Assembly (NCBI GenBank): GCA_965649825.1
Contig: OZ287696.1
Location: forward strand, 229,101 to 293,100
DNA from: Penicillus capitatus
Lineage: Eukaryota; Plantae; Chlorophyta
Direction: 5' to 3'
Length of the DNA stretch: 64,000 bases
The notes beneath the pieces are model-generated. The model saw only the letters and a list, made by a program, of their open reading frames with translations, did not search any database and was not told the origin of the DNA. Shown here in pieces: positions 39,813-52,801 of the stretch (positions within the stretch are counted from its first letter, which is position 1; every line of letters begins with the position of its first letter). A program made the position numbers and the translations under genes.

Positions 39813-42088
39813 ATGCCGTGTCGGGAATGTTTATTTTTCGCTCTCTTCCTTGTTCTCTCGGCGAAATGTCTTGGTCGTCGTCATCTTTCCCAGTTTACGG
39901 ACCCGAAGACATCTTTTTTGCCGGATGGTTGGAAACGTCTAACAGAAGAAGATTATCTCAAGGGTGCCCTGAAAGAAAACGAGATGCCTTTTGGATTCTC
40001 CGTCGTTCGACAGAACACCACGTTTCCGGACATTCTACTCTCGCTTGACGTCGTAAATCCCGCTGCGAACGCTGACATCTTCTGTGCGCCCTTTAATGCA
40101 TCTGGACCGAGATTGCAGAGTCGTTGGAATAGCCAAAATGCTCAAGGCATTGATTATGTGTTCATCAGCACGAATTCCCCTTACTATGCTCATGCCATTA
40201 CGGACACCGTCAATGGCGTTGCGGAATTCGAATGCATTCTGAAGCACGTGTCCTACGAAGATCCAATCTACTTCATTGACATGGATGTCTCCTACACAAA
40301 GCGTCAAATGCGCGATGAAGAACTGGAAGCGATGGAAGAAATCTATGATATGTGTTGCCAGACAGAAGGTTCTTGCGTTGGATGGAACGAGCAAATGCAT
40401 TCCGTTGAACACGAGACCAAAACTGCACGTCGAAAAGTGGTCGATTTCGATTTCTGTCATATTGCGTCAAATGTCTGCGATGAAGACGGGTACATGCTGA
40501 AGCTGACGATGGACAGATTTGGACTCGAATGTCAGTTCCCGACAGAGCAGATAGCCAAGTTCGAGAGGCTGCGCAAGCTCTCTATGACTGGCAACGCACT
40601 CGGCGGCAACATCTTGGACATTGCACGGTCCTTTAAGGTACAGCAGCTGGTCTCGATGCCAAGTGTATCCCAGCAGTCGTGTGTGGTTATGTGCAGAATA
40701 TGAAGCACTTGGACGAAGTCTCCCTGGCATACAATCGCCTCTCGGGCGCTATGGGAAAAGAGATCGAGGACAGCACACAGAATCCATTGTGCACGATTGT
40801 GCTTCGCGGTTTGGAACACCTTCATCTGGAGAATAACGATATCAACGGTCCTCTGCCTGAATGTCTGTTCTCTGAGGGCAGTCGTCTCCGCGATCTGGTT
40901 TTAGACGACAATCCGATATCGGGATCCATTCCAGACTCTATCGCCAAAGACAGCCCTCTGGAAACCTTCAGTGTCCGAGATGGAAATCTCACAGGCGTCT
41001 TCCCAGAGACATTCGTCCACGCAGACCACCTCGTCTTGCTGCAGCTATCGAACAATCAGATGAAAGGAGAACTGCCGGATGCGTTCGGTCCAGCGCCAAA
41101 ACTGAAGAATCTGTTGATGAGTGGAAACGCATTCACAGGAAAGATCCCTGCTGGTATTGCTGCCTCGGAGACCCTCGAATCCGTCTTCCTGGATCACAAC
41201 GCATTTACCAGTATGCCAGATCAGTGGCTCGACGAGGGACCGAAGACACCGTTGGTGAACTTGGATATCAGTTTCAATAAGATTGATGAGGACTTTCCTG
41301 CGGCACTCGCTCTGGTGCACAATCTCTCGCGACTATACTTGAATGATAACAAATTTCGTGGTCCGTTGACAGACCTACCTGGCATGTTTCCCAACGCTTG
41401 GGTGCTAAATCTATCCAATAATGCCTTCAGTGGGAATATTCCGGCGCAATGGACCAAAATTGGGATGTTCCAGGGGACAGCGAAGGAGCTAGAGTACCGC
41501 ACTCCAGTCCTGGATCTGTCATACAACAACCTGGTGGGCAAAGTGCCAGAGTTCTTTTTTAATATCGACAATTTTCCGAAGAAACTTCTCGAATCTGCCA
41601 CTGTCAACTTTGAGGGCAACAGTTTTATTTGTCCACAAAAGGGGATCACTGCCCACCTGAATGGCTTTGAGCATTGCACTGAAAGCAGAAAGCCTGTTTT
41701 TGGGGAATCGCATTTTGATGTGTCTCGTAACGGAGGCCAGACCGTTCCCTTCGGAGCAGATACTGTCGATAAGAATCGAGAAACGACTGCGACGGAAGAT
41801 GAGGACGCGTTGCAGCTTTCTAGCTCCGAAGACGATTCTTCCTCCAGCAGCAATAACGATACCTGGATCATTGTTATCTGTCTTACGGCAGCTGCTATCT
41901 TTGCCTCTGTGCTTATTGCCTTGGCTCTGCGTTTCAAGCTGTATGGTTTGGCGAAGAAAGCGATGGGAGCCCCTCCGAGTGATGTGGAAATTGCAGCCGT
42001 TAGACATGAACCTTTGGAATCGTCCAAGGAACTCGAAGAGGCGCGGCTGAGAGCTGGCACCCAGAATTCTGATAGCAATCCTCTTTAA
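39813..42088 (+). CDS. LRR receptor-like protein (signal peptide, N-terminal domain, plant-type LRRs, one TM, short tail, no kinase)
   Basis: Repeated LxxLxLxxNxLxGxIP motifs; TM WIIVICLTAAAIFASVLIALAL; one intron near 40637. Confidence 0.85.
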
Positions 42089-42368
42089 ATTTATACGGCA
42101 CATGATCAATAGTTTTCTCCCCTTTGACTGCATCTGTCTCTATCAAATTCATGAATGGCTCCCGCTGGAAAACTGAAGAGCCGCTGCGATAGTTTATCCA
42201 TTCCCGCTGACGACCAACATAGACACCTTGATTCTGAAAGACATCGCTGATTTAACATGATCAAATCTTAAAGGCATGTGAAGATGATCATATTGTGATT
42301 GCGTGTTACATAGCCGTCCGTCGTCTCTTTCTTCTCAGGCAGTCTTCTAGTCACTCTACAGACGCAAT

Positions 42369-43870
42369 TCAATCTTCCATCATCCGACTCATAGCTTCAA
42401 TTAATCGTTTTAGACTGGCCATGACTTTCCGATCAGAGGTAAAACCACTGGCGTCACTGGCCATCTTCTACAAGAACACTCTTCTGTGTGAGATGGGTGC
42501 GGGATATGTGTCGGCTATAGTCACTTCAATGCTCTTAAGTGTATTTGCCAAGGTTTTGACAGTCTCTCTCAGGGCATCGACATTCTCGTTGTCTAGCACA
42601 GCTCTTTGAAGCTGCTCGACATGTGCCGCGGCCAATGAGACCGACTTTGATAACGATTCCATTTCGTGTACCAATCCACCGCTACGCAGTTCATTCAAGA
42701 GAGGCGTCACTTCCTCCACCAATCGTGCTGACTACATGTATCCCAGTCAAAGCGAGAGAAAATCTCATTGGCACGTCACACTTGGTCAATCAGCGGCTGC
42801 GCCGTATCCAATGCGGCAGAAAGGCTCTCTGCCGCCTTGAACATACTGTCCACTCCCTGCTGGTCAAATTGCCGGGCGAGCTTTGTACACATGTACACCA
42901 GGTCATCCAAGCAAACCCCTACACCGACGTACTCGCACCCCACGGCACCTGACCGTGTGCGATGTACCTTGCTCTCCTTGGATGCTGCCACCTTGGCAGG
43001 CGATGAGGCCTTCTGTTGCACAGTCCGAATCCAGAGGTCCGTGCTGGTACTGAGGAATCGGAATTTGTGGCGTGATATCAATAAACGGCTCTGCAATGAG
43101 TCCGGACTGATTTGCTTCAATGACAGAATTCTTGGGAATAACAACCCCCTGATCGTGCACTTCGATTTGAACCTCGACCGCTTCCAATTTCGGCTTCACG
43201 TGAATGGCACTTCCAATTCGAACGCCTCTGATCTACACCTCCTACCTCAGCATCTAACCGCATGACATGACAGAGAACGCATTTACTCGGACAGGAGTGC
43301 CGACGGTAATGCCGGAAGCCTGAGGGAAAGTTAGTGTGACCTAGAAGGTGTAAAAGAGTGAGAATCCACAATCGACATGCAGTTGATGATGACAGTGTAA
43401 GGTTTGCCTTGATGCAGCTGTTTGCCGTTGACCCACGTGGTCACTCCGAAAGCCGCCATCATCCCCGCCAGTACGAATGCCCCAACACCTCCTTCCCAGA
43501 AATTACGCCGACCCATGCCAATATTTCCAAGGAGCTTTGACAGTTTGTCAAAGAATCCAGGCTCCGAATCCCGTTCAGCGCCCTTCTGGCTTATCGAGGG
43601 AGCTTCGTCCAGTTCCGTCGCTGAGCACAACAGATCCTCTCTCCAGGGATGCGATGACTCCGTCACTCGGGGAAACGTCATAGGGCCCGTATCGACCTGC
43701 TGATGTCCCGGCCAACGATACCGTCGTAACATGACGGGTCGCCACTCCCGACGTAACACCGAGCGATGGGGCGTCGTCCCACAAAATGAGCGACAAAGAA
43801 AGGCGGCATTTCGAAAACGAAGAGTACGTAGATGCGAAGAGGAGGAGAAGAGATGGCTTGCTCGATGCAT
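42369..43870 (-). CDS. TGD2: Trigalactosyldiacylglycerol 2 (MlaD/MCE-domain plastid lipid transporter)
   Basis: WEGGVGAFVLAG TM; CGITVGTPVR; VIPKNSVIEANQSGLIAEPFIDITP; EGLIACQGGSIQGEQG|VCLDDLV; transit-peptide-like N-terminus. Confidence 0.9.
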
Positions 43871-43952
43871 GGCACGTCCGTCCACCCGCACGCACGCAAA
43901 GGAGAAACAAATAGACGGATTAAATGAGAAAAATGCTGTTCATTCAAGGTTC

Positions 43953-46189
43953 TTAAGGCATCGCTGTGGTCGTTACCGTTTCTGGTTCAGATTCTTCGCC
44001 TTCATCGGCGGATGACGTCTCTTCTTCTCGCGTCGCCAGGAATGATATCAGTTTGTTAAGGGCACTGATATAGGCGCGCACACTGGAGACCACGATATCG
44101 CAGTCTGTTCCGTTTCCTGAGAAGGATCGTTGGTAATGACGACCCTGAGACGTCTGCACGTATGCCAACGTGCCCATCTCTCCACGCGGCTGTACTTGCA
44201 CCCGAGTATCGGCCAGCGCTTCGATACCGGCGGTCACACTGGTCATATCATATTGTGTGAGAGTCAGCGGCACTTTTACCTAGACAGCGATTCTCTTAGA
44301 TGATCGAGTGGGCGAAGGAGGCACAACCAAGTTGTCCACGGCTTTGTATGCGGCATCGACGGGACCTGTGCCGCAACCCGTCGAGATTCGCACGATCTTG
44401 TCAGGTCCACGCATTCGGACAGTGGCAGTTGACAGTCCCATCGTCCCGCACACGACTTGGAGATCGACCAGTTCCCAGACGATATCAGGTTGATGCACCT
44501 GGTCACCCAGCAACGCCAACAAATCCTCGTCTGTGATGCCCTTCTTGCTATCTGCCAACGCCTTGAAGCGTTTAAAAATGTCTGAGAGTTGCTGGTCGTC
44601 GACTTCGAATCCCAGATCCACAATGCGTGTCTTGATGGCATGGCGGCCACTGAGCTTTCCGAGAACAATACCAGCTTGATCGTCCCTTAAGAGTCCAATG
44701 CTCTCAGGCGACATGATCTCATAGGTGTCTTTGGATTTGAGCATGCCGTCTTGATGAATGCCGGATTCGTGTGCAAAAGCATTGGCGCCCACAATAGCCT
44801 TATGTGGCTGAATGATCATCCCGCTGTAGTCGCTCACCATCTTGCTCGTGGGGCTGATATGTACTGGATCCACAGCTGTCCACAGACCATCCATATGCGA
44901 ATCGCTGAAGACAGAGGCGTTCACTGATGATGTATGTATGCATACAGGCAGATAGATGAATTACCCTTTCAGTTTCATGGCCATGACCACTTCTTCCAAG
45001 CTCGCATTCCCTGCACGTTCGCCGATGCCATTGATGGTGCATTCGATCTGCCGAGCGCCGTTCATAGCACCATACAGACTATTGGCAGTCGATAGACCCA
45101 AATCGTTCTGACAGTGCGTTGAAATCACTGCATTCTCAATCCCTGTCCCATCGAGACGATCGCGACTAGAGGGGCAGACTGAACAGCGCTCACCGGGCGT
45201 GTTTTCGTGAATCATCTTGATGAGCTGACCGAACTCGTGTGGCAGATTCCATCCCGTCGTGTCAGGAATGTTCAGCGTTGTTGCGCCGGCTTTGATCACC
45301 TCAGAGAGAATCTTATACAGAAACGCAGGATCCGATCGGCCAGCATCTTCTGGACTGAACTCGATGTCTTCGCATCCCAGTTTCCGCAAACGATCCACAG
45401 CTGCCACCGCTGCAGCGACCACCTGGGCACACATTCAAAAAGAGATCTCCACGAATGAGATGGTGCTCTGCCTCATCCGGTGTCATTCTGAGCTTCATCT
45501 TCATGTGGACGTCCGATGTGGCGATGAAGGTATGGACCCTCGGGTTCTTGGCAGATTTTACGGCATCCCATGCTGTCTCTACATCACGCAGACGTGTTCT
45601 TGACAGTCCACAGATCACAGGGGCGTATCTAAAAGATCCATTCCATGTTGCTGCCGGATGCATATGTATGAGAAAACAGACGAGGAGTCGTCATCGGCCA
45701 CTCGGTTCCCCACCACTTCTGCAATGCGCCGAACAGCTTCAAAGTCATCCGGAGAGGCGATCGGAAATCCAGCTTCGATGATATCCACGCCGAGTCTTGC
45801 CAACTGATGGGCAATGTCCAATTTCTCTTTGCTCGTTAACGTGGCTCCGGGAGACTGTTCTCCATCTCGCAGCGTAGTATCGAAGATGCGAACGTAGGAT
45901 GGATCAGATATGCGATGCGGTACATACTCAGGACGCTTTTTCTTCGATGTCGCTCCGGTCGAAGCGAAACAAGGCGGAACAGACTGGCGAATTCTGCAAT
46001 GACGTCGCCGAGTCGTCGAGATCGGCATAAACGTCGTTGCTGCCTTCTGTCCGCACCACGTCAAATGCATCATGATGCCGATTCCGAATGCGATGGCTCT
46101 TCTGTGTTTTAACCAGACCCAGCGACGATTTGCATCGAAGCTGTGCGGAAGGTGGGTGATGGGACGGCCAATCTGTTAAAAGAAGTCAT
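43953..46189 (-). CDS. IPMS: 2-isopropylmalate synthase, plastid
   Basis: [72 protein letters not shown]. Confidence 0.97.
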
Positions 46190-46595
46190 GTACACAGACA
46201 GCTTAGACAAGCAAACACATCTCAACAAACAGATGATGAAATTATGCATCACTGTAACCAACCACAACTTGACGCGTTCATTTCAGACGACTGATGAAAG
46301 ACATCAGTGACCTTGACTGCCCATAGGCAGTTTATCGGTAGGTAGAGATATATACACTCGAGAAAGCAAAGTCGTAACAGGTCAAGCAAGGACAATGTGT
46401 TGAATCCACAGAAAAGAGAATCGTCAAATGTCCACAGTAAAAGGACGATCGCACGAAAAGAAGAGAATGAGCGAGTCGGAAACCTGCTGGGACAGTTTTC
46501 TGAGAACGCCTCTCATCTGACTATTTGATATTTGCTCGTTCAAATAGAGTAGATCGCCGTGACCTAATGTATAGCTTTGTGTCTGATTTGTCGGC

Positions 46596-47110
46596 TTATG
46601 TTTCAGACTTATCTACATGGAGGACAGGGGAGTCATGGAAAAGGGATAGAGGCATCGGGGGAGGTACCTCACGCTTGCATCCGAAGAGACAGGCAAAAGC
46701 AGCCTGTCCTTTGGTCTTCTTGAATGGGCAGAAATCCATTCCGTCTCGGAGATAGACAGCTTCGGCTGTGCGGATCTTTGTCTGGAAAGTGAATTCGAGC
46801 TGGTGTTTCAAGGTTTGTAGATTTGGGTTCGACTTCTTCTGGTCTATCTCAAGACGCGTCCAGGGTCGTCTGTATCTGTCTCCCTCGCACGGATGTCGCC
46901 TTGCAGGGGAACAACCCTTGGACGATTTTGAGTTCAGTCTGTGTCGGAGAGAAAAGAAAAGCACATCCGAAAGTTCTTCGTCGAAGAAGAAAGGAAAGAG
47001 TTCTGTTTCGCCGTCAAAGAAATACTCAAACGCTTCGTAGAAGAGCATTGATAAATTGATATTTCTTATAGGACGCACCCGTGTCGAGTAATGCGTATAC
47101 TCTTTAGATA
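46596..47110 (-). pseudogene. Frameshifted retropepsin-like aspartic protease relic (LTR-retrotransposon or DDI1-type)
   Basis: RVYALLDTGAS (~47068-47100) in one frame and YLRDGMDF (~46732-46755) in the neighbouring 160-aa ORF frame; stop immediately upstream. Confidence 0.45.
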
Positions 47111-48100
47111 ACGGCAGAGAAAGGAGAATAGGACGATAGGAATAAAGAAAGTCGGCTGGTTCTTATGTTCTTAGGGACTAACAGCAGTCGTTGGTGGAAT
47201 GAATCTTAGAGCACTACAGAATGGAAGGCGAAGATTGCGGGCGCGTATTGCGCTAATTCGGACGGAGAAACAAGTAATAAATAATGACGTTTTGCCCGAC
47301 GGAAACCGCGGCTCGTGGCCAAAGGTCGAAGTACGAACGTAATGCGTGCTCTCGAGAACGACAAATGAACGTTTACGTCTCCGTGTCGTCGTGCTTGACG
47401 CGTTAACCGCTCTTTTTAATGGTGTGCATTTGACAGGTGAATTTTTGTGGTCTGTAAGTGATCTCTTGCGTCTGGGTGTCCTGTCGTTTTCTGCTCAGTA
47501 GATGCGTGGGTTGTCGAAACAAGGCATGAAATGCAACAGCTAAGGATTTTGCAAGGATATTGCAGCAGTCACATCGCTGAAAGGTCTTAACCGAAGCCGA
47601 AGGAACGCTTCACGTAGATGCATGGATCAAAGTGGTGAAGGTTTTCTGATCCGTCTGAGCCACCTAATCCCTACGGCATGGACGCTCATCAAACAGCCGC
47701 CATGTTAAATGGCACTTGCGCCCACCATTAATCGCTTTTGCAAACGACCTTTTTGTTTCGCGTTCGCGGAGGAGCTTTCGCGAATTTCTTGAAACGTACA
47801 TGCAACATCGAGTCTCGGTGTGCAGACACTACTGACTCCCCAGAAGAGAACTTGAAAAAGGTGCGGGTATACCAACCGCCGTTTCCATTCGCCTTTTTCC
47901 AAACACCTTTTTTTCTTGCTGCGCGATCCTACGCGCTTCCCAAACCGTGCTGTCGCCGGATGCGTCACCTCCGAGGCGCGTGGCGTATTTTTTCGGCCGC
48001 CAGTGATCTTGTTAGATGACACGAAGATCTACCTACCGGCGTTCAGTAGCCGCGGCTTCGAGACTCAAAAAATGCTCGTAGGTTTGTTTGCGGCAGCAAC

Positions 48101-50387
48101 ATGCGGTGGCGTGTTGTTTCGCGCGCACTACTTGTGGCGCTTATCATCGTGAGTTTCGTTGCATGGATATGAAGTCAAATGACGGCGGTGTTCGTAGGCG
48201 ACGACGTCGATCTCTTCAACTGCCGCCACGCGTCAGCTGACGTATGTCGACGGAGGTAAGGAGCAGTCCGCCGACTGTAACCAACGTGAAACGTCGGGCT
48301 GTGCGCAGAGTATACGCAATACACTGTCCCAAAGAAATTTGCTCGATATGGTCCACTCTTTACGTACGAACACGCGCACGGCTTCAAGCGCTCGTCGGAT
48401 TGCAGCTGCGTTGGAGAGGCTGACTGCGACTGCGCGAAGAGTTCGCCGAAAGATGTAGGGACGGATCTCCCCAACTGCAAAGACTGTGACTGCAACCAAG
48501 AAGATCCTTGTGTGCCGCCGGCGAAGAAAAAATACAAGAAGCTTCCACACCCCTGTGTGTGCCGCTGCGAAGAAGGAGGCGGTGGAGGTGGTGGTGCTGG
48601 AGAAAAAACGACCGCTGGTGGAGGTGGAGGTGGTGCGAGTATCTGCTTTGGTGGAGGAGGTGGCGGTGGTGGTGGTGAAGTCGGTGCCTACGGTGAAGGA
48701 GGCGGTGACGCGACAGGTGGTGGTGGAGAAGGCGGATCTCTTGAAGAATCCGTGGGATCTGGTGGTGCTGGAGGAGGTGGAGGAGCAGAAGGTCATGCAT
48801 TGCATCATCCTCCCTATCATGTGTAATGGGGTCATTTCCAGGTGGAGGAGGCGGTGGAGGAGGCGGACCTACTGGTGGAGGTGAAGGAGGAGGCGGTTAC
48901 TACGCTGGGGGCGGCGGTACTGGTGGACAAGCTGCCGATGCCGAAGGAAAAGGTGTGATGTGAACAGATTGAAGGAGATCTGTGATCTTGAATGTGATTC
49001 GCATCTAGGCGGTGGCGGTGGAGGCGGCGGTGGCGGTTTGAGCCATTCCAAGAAAACCCGTGATGGCGGTGGAGGTGGAGGAGGCGGTGGAGCTGAAAAG
49101 GGTTTCGGAAGTGCCGGAGGTGATCGCTTTGGAGGAGGAGGACAAGGAGGAGGCAGTGACTCGGTGGGAGGCGGTGGTGCTGGTGGTGGAGGAGGAACCG
49201 GCGGTGGAGGAGGAGGTGGTGGTTCTGGACACAAAGCTGGAGGATCCGGAGGCGGTGGCGTTTCTGGTGAAAGAACTGGAGGTGGAGGAGGTTCTGGTGG
49301 TGCCTTGAAGAGACACAGAGGTGGCGGCGGTGGAGGAGGTGGCGGAGGTCACCTGAAGAAACATGGAAAGACTGGTGGCGGTGGAGGAGGAGCCGGTGGC
49401 CAAGAAGGTGGAGGTGGCACAGCCGGTGGTGATGTTTCCGGTGGTGGTGGATCTGGCGGTGGCGGAGGAGGAGCTGGAGGCGGAGGAGGTTCGTCTGGTG
49501 GTGGTGGAGGCGGTGGTGGCCATGGAGGTGGCGGCGAAGGTATGTGATGATCTTCAGCAAATGATCTAGATTTCCAAGTGTGGCGCTGTAGGTGGTGGAG
49601 GTGCCGGAAAAGCTGGAGGCGGTGGCGGATCGGGCAAGGCCATTCATGGCGGCGCCGGAGGCGGTGGAGGAGGTGGTCGAGATGAAGATTGTGATGACGG
49701 TGTTCCACCTGGTGGTGGCGGTGGAGGAGGCGGTGGCGGTCTCAAAGGTGTCGGAGAAGGTGCTGGCAGCCGCATCGGAGGCGGAGGATCCGGTTCCAGT
49801 GGCGGAGGCGGCGGTGGTGGAGGAGGATCTGCAGGAGGAGGCGGTGGTGGTGCTGGACATGGAGGAACAGGCGATGGTGGTGGAGGATATGGTTCAGCTG
49901 CCGGAGCTGGAGGCGGTGGTGGTGGAGGAGGCGGATCCTCTTTCGGAGAAGGCGGTGGTGGCCGTTCAGGCGGAGGTGGATACGGAACGTCAAAGAAGCA
50001 CAAAGGAGGTGCAGGAGGTGGCGGTGCTGGAGCCATCGGTGGAGGAGGAGGAGGCGGTGGTGGTAAACACGGTGTCGGAAGCGGTGGAGGCGATATCGCA
50101 GGAGGTGGCGGTGGTGGTGCCATGGGTGCTGGAGGCGGCGGCGGCGGTACAGGCCGAGGAAGAGGCAAAGGCAAATGGTCTTCCGGAGGTAATGCCCTAT
50201 TCACTCTCGATTCGTCTTACCATGCATTTCGGATGTTTGTTCAGGTCTCTGGTCGGGAGGAGGTACCTGGGGTCACTCTCATTCAACGAAGAAAACGAAA
50301 CTCAAAAAGACAAGCGCGTACAAAAAACAACATGCGGCCATGGTGCACAAGCGCCAGGCTCGTCGGGCTAAGCTCGCTCGTCAATGA
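48101..50387 (+). CDS. Secreted glycine-rich structural protein with Cys-rich N-terminal domain and basic C-terminal tail
   Basis: Signal peptide MRWRVVSRALLVALII|ATTSISSTA; domain CSCVGEADCDC..CKDCDC..CVCRC; poly-Gly exons separated by + strand GT-AG introns; tail KKTKLKK..KRQARRAKLARQ*. Confidence 0.85.
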
Positions 50388-50981
50388 GATCTTTTTCCTG
50401 GTGGGCAACGCGGTCCACTGGGTTGCCTTCAGTTTTGTTATGTTTGAACTCGAAACGTGGTGTGATGGGCTTTCGATCTTGGGAGGCTTGAGCAAGCTTT
50501 GAAGCAATCTCTCGTTGGCCCCACTGATTTTTCTTTAACAGAATCTCGACGAGCCTGCTTCAGTGAGAGTTGGTCTACCTACCCCATTTGAGATGTTACG
50601 TCGTTTTCAGTGCCTTTGTTGCTGTCTTTTTGAAACGGTCGCGAAATTTATGCCTTCGAAAGTCTCTTTTGGCGACCGCCACTTCTGTTTTCCAGCAAAG
50701 CACTTTGGACACATGTACGTCAATGTGCCAATCGACGATACCTAAGTTGTGCAACATCTCGTGTCTGCACATTTAAAAGAGGCTCTTTGCGTAAAAACGC
50801 ATCTCCCACAACAAACTTAACCACAAAAAATCAAGACAACCATTCACAGAGCAAAGACGTCAGGGAGAATGTCCTTCCTCGGTTGTGAACAACCTGCCAA
50901 CACGATTCTACGATGCAGCCCGGGATGGATCTCCCGCGTGGCGCCGTTAGCAGATATCTCTCGCCGTTCGTATCCCAGTCG

Positions 50982-52740
50982 TTAGAGAGATCCAGAACAA
51001 GCGTCATTAAGGACATCCACCTAATGAAGATAGGGAGGTACGAATCGCGGTGCATTGCATGAGACGGACCATCCAATCGCTGTCGATTCCGAAATGCTTC
51101 TGAAGATCTGGGACGCAGCACATGTCTTCTGGTTCAGCATGCCTCGGTCTTTCAACCCACCTGTGCCGTTCACGGTTAAGACGCACACTTCTCTCGACAC
51201 TTGTCTCGCCAATGGCGTTATTCGAAGTCTCTTCTAAGAGAACATAAGCATCCATCATATCGAGCATCAAGTTTTCGTCTTCGAGCGCACGTGAACGTGG
51301 TCGAGTGGGGGATTGTGTTCTTTCTTCGCTAGTAACCGTCAAGAAACTTTGAAAAAGCCGATTCCCTTTCGACACTGCCGGCGCCCTTTGTATGGTGGAT
51401 GTCGCCGATCGTCCTTGGGCTGCGAGACCGTCCAGGCGCAGTACATTGCATTCGCCTGTTTGTGATGACGACCCATATGGCGGCGCGTCGGACGAAACAA
51501 CCCAGCGACGTGCTTTGGGTCTCCCAAACGGTCTTGCACGCGAGATGATCGGTTTCGTCACTGTCCAAAGAATCGGCGTTTTGGGTCGCGACCCGTCGAC
51601 CTTCTCCTCTTGACGACCTTCCACAAGAGCGAGCTGCTTTCTTCCCGCACTCAATGTGCAATGCTCTCTTGTTTTTGTTCTCCTCGCAGAAGAAGAGGCG
51701 ACGTCTTCTCTGTTAACGAAGCGTGCCTGTGCAGAGGTGGGTCTCTTCGCAAAGGGCGCCTCTCCTATCGTCAAGAAGTCGCTCGCCTGTGTTCAACAGG
51801 AGTATCTCGGAATCTTCATGACATTCTGCGTCGCATACTTCGAGGTGGTGCGCCGATGAGGGGTCGTTCGAGGGCACGCCGTTTCTGGTGCGTCGTCCTG
51901 CAGGCACGAAATCCAGAAGTTCTCTCTGCGTATCTGCGCCTTGCCGAGGGACGGAGCTGAATTTGTACGTCTGCCTTTCTGTGTCTCCGTCTCTGAAAAT
52001 GGAACAACCTCTCGCCGTGCACAAGATCGGCAGGAGCACGCTGGAAATGGAGATGCTGTTTTTGTCGTCATGGCCATTTGTGTTATGCTGCTGCACACGT
52101 GTTGAGGCCAGACCCACGTCGCAGCCGCCGTTTCGTCGAACTCTTCTCCCCGTTCGCGCGGAATACATTTCAGTTCTTGCAACAATTCCCCCAGACAAAC
52201 GCGTACACGTGACAAAGCGCCTAGACATGGTCGACGACGCCATTCTTTGCATCGTTCGGGTATCGCAATACATCGACGAGGGTATCAGAACCTGCAAACA
52301 GTGCATCCTCTTTCCCGGGAGATCGAGTGCCGCCCCCACTCAGCCTTGTCTCTTGTCTTCTCCACACAGAGATGCGATGTGTCCAGGGGTTGGACATGAC
52401 GTCTGGTCAGGCGCATTGCGTATTTTCCGGTCGATATGGCAACGACGACGATCACGTGCTTTGAGCGGACTCCGTTTCGGAATGCTCTTCCAGGACGACG
52501 CGATGATGTTCTTCGTCAACTGATCGGCGCTCGTCTTGTTTTGAAAAAACGCCCTTGTCTTTCTAAGAAAGTCGAAAACCGGGACAGTGCGTTAGACAGA
52601 CGACAGTTTCGATTCGTAGCCGATGTTGCGTAGAGTCTAAGTCCCTTGTGCGACGCAAACGGGCTACTGGATCTATCGTATGCTCTGCGTCCTATCCGTA
52701 CGCTCCTGGACCCATGCCGCACTCCGAGTTTACGTATCCA
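50982..52740 (-). CDS. Hypothetical protein; exon structure only partly resolved
   Basis: 255-aa ORF 51007-51774 with a GT-AG junction to WM|VDVLNDACSGSL*; upstream exons ambiguous. Confidence 0.4.
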
Positions 52741-52801
52741 TCGCAGAACGCATCTCAAGCCTCCTCAGTGATCTCTCATTTTTGAGTGAAGAGCATAGAC
52801 A

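Noticed and set aside
48233-50204. Long poly-Pro / poly-Thr ORFs on the minus strand that look like extensins or pherophorins
   Set aside because: Introns interrupting the repeat are GT-AG only on the + strand and a signal peptide exists on +; these ORFs are antisense shadows of GGN codons
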